Source: an uncultured Chthonomonadaceae bacterium (lineage in GTDB: Bacteria; Armatimonadota; Chthonomonadetes; Chthonomonadales; Chthonomonadaceae). Taken from it: DNA of 64,000 nucleotides. This document shows, in pieces, positions 39,670 through 49,876 of the stretch. The number at the start of each line of letters is the position of its first letter. Within the stretch, counting starts at the first letter, position 1. The notes under the pieces are model-generated. The model had not been told where the DNA came from, did no database searches, and saw nothing but the letters and a program-made list of their open reading frames with translations. A program made the translations under genes and the position numbers. The stretch covers positions 256,001 to 320,000 of the forward strand of contig CAWIEK010000049.1 of the NCBI GenBank assembly GCA_963835065.1, read 5' to 3'.

Positions 39670-41979
39670 GGCTTCCCTCCCTGTGGCGCAATGCTTGACG
39701 GCGCGACATTTTGCGGCGTAACATTCGGCGACATGCCTTGGGGCGCGGCGTTCGGCGCATCGCTCGTACTTTTCATTTGCATCACCACGCAGCCATGTTC
39801 GTTGAAAATCGGCGTCCACAAGCCCCGCTTGATGGCGTCGCCCATCAGTTGATGCCCCCGATCTCCCGCCGCGCCTGTGGTCAGGCCCTCCACATACCAC
39901 TTTTGCAGCGCATCAACTTCCACGCCGTTCGGCCCACCCGGAAAATCAGGGTCACGAGTTCGGCCCGTTGTTTTGCGCCGCCTGATTGAGATTTATCAAG
40001 GCGTATTCAATCCCGTGCCCGCGAAACCACACGGTCAGTTCCGCGCCGTTTTGCAGCGTTTCGTAAGGAATGTAGGACGAGTGCTGCTGATTAGCCCACA
40101 CATACAACCGATCCAGATAAAAGCCCCGCGTTTCATCCACAAGAGCGATACCGGCGCTTGGGGGAGTGTTCTGGTTAATCCATTGTTCGGCATCATAAGC
40201 GTCGAAGTGTCGGCGTAAATCCATGTCCCATGCCTGCGGCTGCGCCAGATTAGCGAACAGGGTCGGAACCGACACGCTGGAAGGCATTTGTCCCAATTGC
40301 GTCAACGCCCTGCGCTCATCCCCATTGGCGTTCATCGGCAGCGTACACACAGACAGCAGCACATAGCCAGCCTGCCCGAAAACAGCGACAATGCCCAATA
40401 CGCCCGGCACTTGGGCGAATGTCAGGCGTGGCAGGCGTTTCGCGCTACTACTGTCAGCATTACCGCTACTCTCCGTAAACACAAACCGACACGCGGCATA
40501 CGCGCCCACAATGGCAAACAAAGGCATTACCTGAATCAGATAACGCCCCACCTGCGACAATATAAACCACGCCAGAACCTGCCCCATGCCAAGCCACAGC
40601 AGACCGCGAACGGCAGGCGATATTCGACGGACAAACGCTAAGGGAAACACAAGCGCGGCGTACAATCCCCCAAACAACGCCGTAAAATTATATTCCCCCG
40701 GATTGCAGTACAGGACGCTCGATTTCACGTTCGGGCGCGTCAGCAAATGCCAGGGAACCTGTAGGATATTCAGCAGCTTGCTGCGAACATCCGGCGACAG
40801 AGGCTTAGTTCCGAACTTGTCCTGCTCCGATTGATAGGAAGCCGCGCGTTCCAGACTCCAATAACGGCTCTGCGGAAACGCTTTCGTCACAAACGGATAC
40901 ACGGGATTGCGCATCACAACGATGTTCTTCACGTACCAGGGCGACCCAATCGCCAGCGCAACACCGACAAACAACGCAGTCTTTCGGATTGGAACCCGCG
41001 TCAACAACAGCATGATCGTCATCAACCCGAACGGCACAAGCGCCAGATACTTCATCCCCAGCGCGAAGCCCATGAGCGCCCCGGAAAGGAGGAGAAGGGA
41101 ACAGGGAACAGGGAACAGGGAACAGGTATCTGCTTGTTTTGATAAAGGCGGTAATTGTACATCTTCTGTCTTCTGTCTTCTGTCTTCTGCGACCTCCCTG
41201 TTCCCTAACCCCGAAACAAGCGCAAAGGCGGCGAGCGTGGTGTACGTGGCGAGGCCGACATCTATGTACGCGACACTGCACTCCCACAGTACCATCGGGG
41301 TCGTGACGAACACGACGGACGCCAGCCAGCCGACAACAGGCCGCAATACCCGGCTGCAAAAGCCGATTATGCCCATCACAAGGAAGCCGGCTAACAGCAA
41401 ATGGAACAGATTGGAAAGCGCGTAGCCATTGTAAAGCAATCCTGCGGCGAAGAGCATTTCCAGGGTAAACGGAAAGTTGCTGTGATGCTCGGTAGGAAGG
41501 TTGGGAATACGATGCTGAAGCAGAAACAGCTTTGGATCGGCAAGATGATAGGAAAGCGCGTCCCATTCCAGCGGTCCCGGCGGACGAAAACAGGCGAGGA
41601 GCGCAATTAAGCCGAAAACAATCAGAAAAATTACGCAGGCGATAATCAGCCCCGTTTCCAAGCCCCACTTTGATGCCGATGCGACAGCAGCGTTACGCTT
41701 GCGCTGTCGCCAAGACTGAAAATCGCTGCCATAACCACGCCAACCACCCCACCCTGCCGCTGCCAGCGCCAGCCACCAACAAGTGACCGGCCAGAAAGAT
41801 AACAGTCCTGCCAGGCCGAGCGCGTACACGCCATAGGCGGCAATGCCCAGGCCAAGCGCCCCGCCATAAGCCAGGCGTTCCAAGGGCGCAAAGATGGGAA
41901 GATCAAGCCGATCCAGCAGCGCGCGTCCAACGGCAGCGGCAATGCAAGCAAATAGTATTATCAGCAACAGTGCAATCAT
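39666..41979 (-). CDS. GT39/ArnT-like membrane glycosyltransferase; +1 frameshift near 39960
   Basis: WDALSYHLADPK, PWYVKN...NPVYPF, RYL; continues in ORF 39666-39923. Confidence 0.8.
41096..41212. repeat. In-frame fold-back element homologous to 19750-19883
   Basis: Encodes GNREVAEDRRQKTEDVQLPPLSKQADTCSLFPVPCSL. Confidence 0.9.
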
Positions 41980-42016
41980 ATTGTAAGGTATGGAACCGTC
42001 GTCACGAAATGTCGGC

Positions 42017-42961
42017 TTATGTTTGGTCTATGATTTGGCGCAATTGCTGTATCTGCGCTTCCATTTCACTCTCTGAGGGCGATTTGGGCAGAGGCAGCAA
42101 TTCAGCGCTCAGTTGCGGCTTGGCATTGCCTGTGTCGGGCAAACCGGCAATAGAATTATTACGCGAAATAGCAATATACCCGACATGATGCCCGAAACAG
42201 CCGGTCTGTACGATAAGCGTATCCCCTACCCTCTCGCCATTTTCTAATCGCGTGTGCGAGTGTCCGCCAATTATCAAGTCAATGCCCGGAACCGCTTCCG
42301 CCAGTTTCCTGTCCTGCGCGTACCCGATATGGGTCAGCGCAATCATAACATCCGGCTGATACTCCGCCTGCAATTGCGGCACGAGACGCTTGGCAGTGAC
42401 AATGGGATTTTCAAACAGATATGCGGAAACATGGCGGGCGGACATACGCTCCGTTACCATCGGAACCGTCAGGCCGAAAACAACAACGCACAGCGTGGTT
42501 CCGTCTGTTGCCTGCAAGGTACGAACAATATAGGAACGCGCGGGAGGATCGGTTTGCTGTTTCTCCTGTGTTTGCCGCGCGTTTGCTGACGTTTGCCCTG
42601 TATCATCGCCGCTTCCAACACAGTCAAGATTCAAATTGTTACTATGTTCGGCTTGTCCAGATGGTCGCACATTCGCGCAAAGGATAGGAAACTGCGCCAG
42701 TCCTACTTTGCAGTGAAAACCGGTACGCGACACATGGAATTCGCGGTTGCCCACTGTCATGGCATCGTAGCAGATCTCATTCATGGTCTTGAGGATCGCT
42801 TCGCCCCAGGGCTTGAACGTGACATTGCCGGAAGCAACGGCATCCCCGGCATCCAGCAACAGCCCCTGTTTGCCGACAGCCTGCCGCAAGCGCCGCAAGC
42901 AATCCGCCTGCATGGAAGTCAGATGATTATGAAAATCGTTGGTATGTAGGAGGATGAACAC
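42017..42961 (-). CDS. Metallophosphoesterase (5'-nucleotidase N-terminal-like)
   Basis: LHTNDFH, DAGD, GNRE, LTHIG, GGHSH. Confidence 0.85.
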   Translation of the reverse strand: MFILLHTNDFHNHLTSMQADCLRRLRQAVGKQGLLLDAGDAVASGNVTFKPWGEAILKTMNEICYDAMTVGNREFHVSRTGFHCKVGLAQFPILCANVRPSGQAEHSNNLNLDCVGSGDDTGQTSANARQTQEKQQTDPPARSYIVRTLQATDGTTLCVVVFGLTVPMVTERMSARHVSAYLFENPIVTAKRLVPQLQAEYQPDVMIALTHIGYAQDRKLAEAVPGIDLIIGGHSHTRLENGERVGDTLIVQTGCFGHHVGYIAISRNNSIAGLPDTGNAKPQLSAELLPLPKSPSESEMEAQIQQLRQIIDQT

Positions 42962-43084
42962 AATAGTTCCCAGGCGACTGGCGTATGCGATTGGCAGAAG
43001 GGAGGACAAAGCCGCAACTATCAGTGTCCAGTATACCATACGCGCCAACATACAAATTCTGCGCAAGGCACAATTAGCGGATTG

Positions 43085-43651
43085 CTATTGGCCGCTGTGT
43101 TCCCGATTGGCAGGCTCTTTGAGGGATTGCAGATAGGTTCGCAGACACGACTCGCGTTCTCCCCGCGCTTCCAGCAGCTTGTCGCAGACTTCACGAACGG
43201 CTCCCTGCCCGCCCATGTGCAACGTTATTATGTCTGCCCGTTCCTTAACTTCCGGCGCGGCATTGGCAACGGCAATGCGAACTCCAGCCAGAGCAAACGC
43301 AGGAAGGTCGTTCCAATCATCTCCAATATAAGCGACCTCAGCCACCGCAACGCGCAGCGATTCACAACATTGCCGCAAAGCCACGCCTTTATCGCGGACA
43401 CCCTGAACTACCTGCGTTACGCCTAATTCCCGCGCCCGCCGCTCCACAAGCGTACTTGACCGCCCTGTAATCCATGCCACTTCAATGCCTTGCAGACGCA
43501 GCAGCACAAGTCCCAAGCCATCCGCCACATGAAACCGCTTCTGCTCCCCGCCCTGAGTATCGTAGACAATCGTGCCGTCCGTTAAAACGCCATCCACATC
43601 CATCGCCAGCAGGCGCGCATGCGCCAAACGTTCGTTCAACACCGTGTTCAT
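43085..43651 (-). CDS. kdsC: KDO-8-phosphate phosphatase (HAD family)
   Basis: MDVDGVLTDG, DGLG, ITGR, YIGDDWND, GGQGAVRE. Confidence 0.88.
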   Translation of the reverse strand: MNTVLNERLAHARLLAMDVDGVLTDGTIVYDTQGGEQKRFHVADGLGLVLLRLQGIEVAWITGRSSTLVERRARELGVTQVVQGVRDKGVALRQCCESLRVAVAEVAYIGDDWNDLPAFALAGVRIAVANAAPEVKERADIITLHMGGQGAVREVCDKLLEARGERESCLRTYLQSLKEPANREHSGQ

Positions 43652-43753
43652 ACTCTTTAACTCCTCTGCGCTGTGAATGGGATGCAGGAGAAACGCCGCA
43701 CGAAACGTAATTATCCCGGGAGCCAATACACACATCAATGAGGAATTTACGCC

Positions 43754-45827
43754 TTGCGGAACCATCAACGTTTCACGACAGCTGACTTTACCTTCAGAGG
43801 TAAGAACAATTTAACTTCAAAGCCCATCGGGTTTTGGACACGGCATGCTATCGTTTCCTTATGGCTGCTTGCCATTCTCTGCGTACCCGGTTCGGCTACG
43901 GTATCGCAAACCGTGCGTTCACAGCCCACTCCTGTCGAACAGCCGCTCCATTACGCCGTCAGTATCCACGCGCCCGACCCCAATACCGGCGCAGCAAATG
44001 GCAATCCGCAATTGCGCGTCACCATTACCGTCACGCGAAAAGCGCAAGCGCCCATAGATTTTGCCATTCCTGCGTGGACTCCGGGGTACTACCAGATTTT
44101 GCGCTATGAGAACGACATTCATAACGTAAGCGCACAGGAGTCAACAGGCCGTTTTTTAGCAGTTTCGCATCCTTCCGCACGAATCTGGCGCGTGGAGAAC
44201 ACTGCCCTGTCTTCTTCTCCCTCTTCACCACCAAATGCCGCCGCTCCTGCATTGCCAACCTCTATCACCCTGTCTTACGATGTGAACGCCCATGATGACG
44301 GGCTAGGCTTCTTTGGAACCAGTCTTGATATGCGCAATCAACGCGGGTACATCAACGGAGCTTCCGCGCTGATGTACCCGGTCGGACACACGCAAGCGCC
44401 GTGTACGCTGTCGCTCGACGTGCCGACCGGCTGGCAGATTGCAACACCAATGGAACCTGCCTCGCCAAAATCTATTCAGCCTGACAATACGGAGCGAACT
44501 CCATCGCGCTTTCAAGCCGCCACCTATGACGAAATGATTGACTGCCCCCTGCAATTGGGCAAATTCGACACCCTTGATTTTCAGGAAAGCGGCGTAGACT
44601 TTCAATGCGTCGTGGTCGGCAGGCAAACAGGCGTGAACGAAGGCGTCCGAAATTCGCTTCAGCGTATCACCCATGCCGCCATCGCCGTTTTTGGCAGCGC
44701 GCCGTTTACCCGCTACCGGTTTATCTACCATATCGGCGGCGGTGGCTTCTATGGCGGCCTGGAGCATCACAATTCCACCGTAATTCACCTGGGAACGGGA
44801 CTCGGAAGCGGCACAAATGAGGATTTTCTTTCCGTATCCGCGCATGAATTCTTTCACGCCTGGAACGTCAAGCGCCTGCATCCTGCCGGGCTTGGCCCCT
44901 TTGATTACGCGCAGCCGGTGCGAACATCCGCATTATGGTTTGCTGAGGGCGTGACCGACTACTACGCGCAGCTTTTACTCGTTCGCAGCGGCTTGAAAAC
45001 GCGCGACTGGTTCTGGCGGGACATGCTGCGCCGTATTGAACAACTGGATCACACTCCAGCCCGCGTTCGCGTTCCCCTGCGCGACGCCAGTACCCATGCG
45101 TGGGAAGGCGGCAGCGAAGGCTTTGATGGCCTGAGTTACTATCTTAAAGGCAGTCTCGTTGGCCTGTACGTCGACCTGCGGCTTCGCGCCCTCACCCACA
45201 ATCAAGCCGGATTGGACGATGTTATGCGCCGCTTGGATACCGCGTATGGTTCACGCAACCTCGCCTATCCCGAAGACGCGCTCTTAACGGCCATCAATGC
45301 CGTCGCGCATCAGGATTTGCAGCCGGAATACGCGCGTTTAATAAACAGCGTGGAAGAAATAGACTGGAATCCCGTTCTGCAATCTGTAGGGCTTCAATTG
45401 CAGCGCGATGTGGCTCCGTTTCTGGGCGTTCGGCTGGCTGAAGAGCAAGGCAACGGACAACCCGGAGCGCTCATCGAAACCGTAGAAGCCGGACATGCCG
45501 CCGCGCGCATGGGGCTTCGCGCCGGAGACCGCCTGTTGAGCGTGGAGGGCAAGTCTGTTTCCCTCGCCAACTTCAGCGCCGTCGTCCATTCGCTGACCCC
45601 GCTCGGACCCGTTTCTTTATTGGTTCAGCGCGGAAGCGAAACCTTTCCGCTTAGACGGCAAAGCCGGAACGGTGTATGAGCATCATCGCCTGATGCCGCT
45701 CCCCGTTGGGCAAATGTCACCCGCGCAGCAAGCCGAAGCCAGGGAATTGCAAAATACGTTATTTGCTCCCCCAGCTCCTATACGGCGTTCCGCGCAAGCC
45801 ACAGCCCCGGACCGGGGTGAAAAATGA
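43754..45827 (+). CDS. M61 glycyl aminopeptidase with PDZ domain; start uncertain; +1 frameshift near 45651
   Basis: PAWTPGYY, GGLEHHNS, HEFFHAWNVKR, WFAEGVTDYY, SYYLKG; the shifted tail ends in an ATGA overlap at 45824. Confidence 0.9.
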
Positions 45828-46363
45828 TAGACCTGAAAGACAGGGAAACGCTGCCACGCCATAATCATGTACTGAACCGCCTGCGCATTTTCTATTATGC
45901 GCCCGTTGCAGTTTGGATTGTCGTGATTTTTCTCGCGTCCACGCAGTTGGGAGCGGAACAGGTCACGCTTCATGCGCTCATCCGCCTGCTGAAACTGCTC
46001 ACTCCAGATCAGGCCAGCGCCTTGAACGCGGACGCCATCGGCAAAACCAACTTCTTAATTCGCAAATGCGCGCACCTCAGCGAGTACGCCATTCTCGCCC
46101 TGCTCACCGCCCGCGCCGTACAGTTCGGGCACGAACGCTTGAAGTGGCAGGCTGTCGCGGCAGGTTTCGCGTTCAGCGTCGCCTACGCCTGCACGGATGA
46201 ATGGCATCAAAGTTTCGTCGGCGGCAGAACGTCCAGCATCCACGACGTTTTCATAGACGCCTTCGGAGCCGCCTTCGCCCTGACGCTGATGCTGCTCTGG
46301 TTTCGTATCAAGGCGTATGAACGCAGTTTGAGGGAAAAGGAGACAGGAAAAAGGGAAAAGTAA
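45824..46363 (+). CDS. VanZ-family membrane protein
   Basis: RKCAHLSEY, YACTDEWHQSFVGGR..DVFID. Confidence 0.9.
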   Translation: MIDLKDRETLPRHNHVLNRLRIFYYAPVAVWIVVIFLASTQLGAEQVTLHALIRLLKLLTPDQASALNADAIGKTNFLIRKCAHLSEYAILALLTARAVQFGHERLKWQAVAAGFAFSVAYACTDEWHQSFVGGRTSSIHDVFIDAFGAAFALTLMLLWFRIKAYERSLREKETGKREK

Positions 46364-46420
46364 CAGCGTTGTTCAATGGGCGCATTGTCCTTTTTCCTTT
46401 TTCCTTTCTCCTTTTCCCTA
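46331..46420. repeat. Fold-back element (GGGAAAA)/(TTTTCCY) overlapping the VanZ C-terminus
   Basis: agggaaaaggagacaggaaaaagggaaaag ... ctttttccttttttcctttctccttttccct-like right arm; TGTTCAA core. Confidence 0.8.
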
Positions 46421-46434
46421 CACAGGAGATTTCC

Positions 46435-47187
46435 ATGACAATACCAGATCACGCTAAGTTTACCTATCTCGGTCACAGTACGGTTTTGATTGAAACGCCC
46501 GGCGACAAGCGCCTGCTCATAGATGCGTGGACGACCGGCAACCCGATGTGCCCGCCACAATACAAAACGCCGGAGTCGCTTGGCAAACTCGACGCTATCT
46601 TGATCACCCATATCCACAGCGATCATGTGGGCGATTTGGAAGCCCTTTGCACTGCCAATCCTGGCGCCGCCGTTGTCGGCATCTTTGAAGCCTGTAATTG
46701 GATTGCGGGCAAAAACATCCCCAACATCCAGCAGAACATCAGGCCGATGAGCAAGGGTGGCAGTCAGGAGGTTGCGGGCATTGAAGTGATCATGACACAC
46801 GCCGTTCACTCTTCCAGTTTCACCGAAGCGGACGGCACAGTAGTTTACGGCGGTGAACCGGCGGGTTATATCCTGCGATTGGAAGATGATTTGACGCTGT
46901 ATGCGGCGGGTGATACGGGTTTGTTTGGTGACATGGCCTTGCTGAATCTAATGTACAGTCCAACGCTCGCCCTGCTGCCCATTGGCGATCTGTTTACAAT
47001 GGGACCCAAGCAGGCGTCCCACGCCATTCGATTGCTTGGCGTCACGCATGTCCTGCCCATCCACTACGGCACGTTTCCCGCCCTGACCGGCACCCCCGAA
47101 GCCTTGCGGGAACATACACGGAATAACTCCGGCCTGACCATCCATGCCCTTGCGCCGGGCGAAAGTTTTCATCTTGCGCCTTCCTAA
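46435..47187 (+). CDS. Metal-dependent hydrolase, metallo-beta-lactamase fold (UPF0173-like)
   Basis: YLGHS, THIHSDH, HAVHSS, AGDTG, PIGDLFTMGP, PIHYGTFP. Confidence 0.92.
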   Translation: MTIPDHAKFTYLGHSTVLIETPGDKRLLIDAWTTGNPMCPPQYKTPESLGKLDAILITHIHSDHVGDLEALCTANPGAAVVGIFEACNWIAGKNIPNIQQNIRPMSKGGSQEVAGIEVIMTHAVHSSSFTEADGTVVYGGEPAGYILRLEDDLTLYAAGDTGLFGDMALLNLMYSPTLALLPIGDLFTMGPKQASHAIRLLGVTHVLPIHYGTFPALTGTPEALREHTRNNSGLTIHALAPGESFHLAPS

Positions 47188-47221
47188 TAGTTGTGCTATA
47201 CTGTTGTCGCATGATGCGACA
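47174..47221 (+). promoter_or_regulatory. Promoter with a downstream palindrome
   Basis: TTGCGC-N17-TATACT; TGTCGCAT-G-ATGCGACA at 47205-47221. Confidence 0.55.
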
Positions 47222-47301
47222 TTCAGGTTGGCAAATTTAGATGTGAAAGCCTTTCCTGTCCTGAAGAAAAGGTGCGACCAGGAGAGGGCAAGCCATCAAT
47301 A

Positions 47302-47349
47302 GCCCCTCTCCTAGCGAGGAACGAGCGGCCAGGAGAGGGGTGGGGTGAG
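47302..47349. repeat. CCCCTCTCC...GGAGAGGGG REP-like hairpin
   Basis: gcccctctcct..aggagaggggtggggtgag. Confidence 0.6.
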
Positions 47350-47352
47350 ACG

Positions 47353-48306
47353 TTGTGGACGCGGGAACGGCAGCCGATTGTCCTTGTCGGCCCGACGGCA
47401 ACCGGCAAAACAGATGCGGCCATAGCGCTTGCCGAGCGTATCGGCGGCGAAATCGTCAACGCCGACAGCGTACAGGTATATCGCGGGCTGGACATCGGCT
47501 CTGCCAAGCCCGATCTGGAAGCGCAGCGCCGGGTTCCCTTCCACCTGCTGGATGTGGTAAGCCCGGATCAGAATTACACGGTTTCGGATTGGAAAACCGG
47601 GGCGGAAGCCGCCATTCAGGATATTTTTGAGCGCGGCAAAATGCCGATTGTTTGCGGCGGAACCGGCTTGTATATCCGCGCCCTACTGGAAGATTGGAGC
47701 CTCGCTTCCACGCCCGCCGATGCCGATATACGCCGCGAATTGGAAGCGCAGCAGCGCGCGCAGGGGCTGGAAACGCTGTATGCCCGTTTGCAAGCCGTAG
47801 ATGCCGCCACTGCCGCGCGCCTGCACCCGAATGACGCTTACCGCATTATACGCGCGCTCGAAGTGTATCTTGTCACGCAAACGCCGCTGTCCGTCTATCA
47901 GGCGGAAGATCGTCGCGCCCGCCCGCCGCGCCCTGCCCATCGTTTCGGGCTGACGCTGCCGCGAGAAAATTTGTACGCGCGCATAGATAGGCGCGTAGAA
48001 GCCATGCAGGAAGCAGGATTTGTCGCCGAAGTTCGCCAATTACTGACACAGGGTTACGCGCCCGGCTTGAGCGCCCTGAAAAGCCTGGGATACAAAGAAA
48101 TGGTCGCTCACTTAACAGGCCAAATGGAGATTGAACCGGCCATCGAAGCCATCAAGCAAAACACGCGCCGGTTTGCCAAGCGCCAGCTAACATGGTTTCG
48201 CGCCGACAAACAATTGCAATGGATAGACGTAAACGAACAGTCGCCGATAGAGGTTGCAGCCTCTATTTTGTCGAAACGTCTCCTGTCGAAACTACATTCT
48301 AAATGA
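47353..48306 (+). CDS. miaA: tRNA dimethylallyltransferase (frame open from 47272)
   Basis: GPTATGKT, DSVQVYRGLDIGSAKP, GGTGLY, RIIRALEV, FAKRQLTWF. Confidence 0.97.
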   Translation: MWTRERQPIVLVGPTATGKTDAAIALAERIGGEIVNADSVQVYRGLDIGSAKPDLEAQRRVPFHLLDVVSPDQNYTVSDWKTGAEAAIQDIFERGKMPIVCGGTGLYIRALLEDWSLASTPADADIRRELEAQQRAQGLETLYARLQAVDAATAARLHPNDAYRIIRALEVYLVTQTPLSVYQAEDRRARPPRPAHRFGLTLPRENLYARIDRRVEAMQEAGFVAEVRQLLTQGYAPGLSALKSLGYKEMVAHLTGQMEIEPAIEAIKQNTRRFAKRQLTWFRADKQLQWIDVNEQSPIEVAASILSKRLLSKLHSK

Positions 48307-48437
48307 GAGGCGCACTAAATGATAGGCGCGATCACCTACGGCTATGAAGCCAAACCTTGACAGAGTTAAACTTTTTGCGCAAAACTCTGATTTGTTTTTG
48401 TTGTCCCGGAGGCTTTTTACCGGGAAGGAGATGCAGC

Positions 48438-48749
48438 ATGAATAAGCCACAGTTGAACCTACAAGACATATTTCTGAATCAGGTGCGCAAGGAAAACATC
48501 GGCGTCACCATTTATCTGATTGGCGGCGTCCAGTTGCGCGGCATGGTGCGCGGCTTCGATGCCTTTACCATTCTGCTCGACTCCGTTGGCAAGCCTACCC
48601 AACTTGTTTACAAACATGCCGTCACCTCCATTGTGCCCTCGCGCCCCGTCTCCAACTTCTATCAGGAGTCGCACCGCGACACCGTAGGCGAACGCACCGA
48701 ACGCGAACCCCGCGAAGCCCGTACCCCCGTCACTCCCACGCAGGAGTAG
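48438..48749 (+). CDS. hfq: RNA chaperone Hfq
   Basis: [34 protein letters not shown]. Confidence 0.95.
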   Translation: MNKPQLNLQDIFLNQVRKENIGVTIYLIGGVQLRGMVRGFDAFTILLDSVGKPTQLVYKHAVTSIVPSRPVSNFYQESHRDTVGERTEREPREARTPVTPTQE

Positions 48750-48832
48750 CAGAAGTCCGTCTTCGTCGTGTGTATAGTCGGCTATCTGCATCACTCCCAC
48801 GCAGGAGCAACAGAAGCAGCAGGAGTTTCAAG

Positions 48833-49687
48833 GTGAAATTCACGAAAATGCACGGTATCGGCAACGACTTTGTTGTTGTGAATACCTTAGCCGAAGTTTT
48901 AGAAGAAGCGCAGTACGCAGACAGCAGCCGTCGCCTGTGTCACCGGAAGTTCGGCGTGGGCGGGGATGGACTGCTCCTGGTTCTGCCATCCAAAGTCGCC
49001 GATTACAAAATGCGGATGTTCAATCCCGACGGCAGCGAAGCGGAAATGTGCGGCAACGGCATCCGGTGCTTTGCCAAGTATATTTATGACCGCAAAATGG
49101 CTTCGGATACGCAAGTCAAGGTGGAAACGCTTGCCGGCGTCAAGGTGCTGCGCCTGCTGCTCCGCGCCGGCAAAGTGGAAGCCGTCCGCGTAGATATGGG
49201 GCAACCCCTGCTATTGCGCTCAGAAATCCCTATGCGTGGCGACGACAATGGCCGCGTCATCGGCGAAGGCTTGAAAGTGGAAGGGCGCAAGTTCGATATT
49301 ACCGCTGTTTCTATGGGCAATCCGCACGTTATTATTTTTGAGGATCATGTGGAAGAGTTTCCCCTTACCAAATGGGGGCCGCTCATCGAAACGCACAAAG
49401 CCTTTCCCGAACGCGCCAACGTCCATTTCGCGCAGATTTACAATCAGGGAGAGATTCGAATACGGACGTGGGAACGAGGCGCGGGCGAAACTCTTGCCTG
49501 CGGCACGGGAGCCTGCGCCAGCGTGGTAGCCTGCGCGCTCAACAACAAAACCGGGCGCAATGTCCTTGTGCATTTGCCGGGCGGCGACCTGCGTATCGAA
49601 TGGATGGGCGACAACCGCGTCGTCATGACCGGCCCTGCCGAACAAGTCTTCGAAGGCGAGATAAATCTGGATGACCTCCACTTTTAG
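48833..49687 (+). CDS. dapF: Diaminopimelate epimerase
   Basis: KMHGIGNDF, EMCGNGIRC, SMGNPH, ERGAGETLACGTG. Confidence 0.97.
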   Translation: MKFTKMHGIGNDFVVVNTLAEVLEEAQYADSSRRLCHRKFGVGGDGLLLVLPSKVADYKMRMFNPDGSEAEMCGNGIRCFAKYIYDRKMASDTQVKVETLAGVKVLRLLLRAGKVEAVRVDMGQPLLLRSEIPMRGDDNGRVIGEGLKVEGRKFDITAVSMGNPHVIIFEDHVEEFPLTKWGPLIETHKAFPERANVHFAQIYNQGEIRIRTWERGAGETLACGTGACASVVACALNNKTGRNVLVHLPGGDLRIEWMGDNRVVMTGPAEQVFEGEINLDDLHF

Positions 49688-49876
49688 ATTTTCGATTTTC
49701 GATTGCCGATTTCCGATTTCTGCTTATTCAAATGGCTATACTCCCTGCCTGAATAATGCAGCCAACCTGTTAGCGTGGAGCATCCAATGACAGAATCTAA
49801 CTCGCCTTCCGCCACGCATCCCCAATCGGCAATCGAAAATCAGCAATCGAAAATCGAAAATCGGCAATCGGCAATT
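49686..49876. repeat. Fold-back element (TTTTCGA)n...(TCGAAAA/TCGGCAA)n; right arm lies inside the next CDS
   Basis: gattttcgattttcgattgccgatttccgattt vs aatcggcaatcgaaaatcagcaatcgaaaatcgaaaatcggcaatcggcaat. Confidence 0.85.

Noticed and set aside
39940..39965. In-frame TGA as selenocysteine, given selB in the window
   Set aside because: A second TGA follows two codons later, and the protein continues in the +1 frame (RDPDFPGG).
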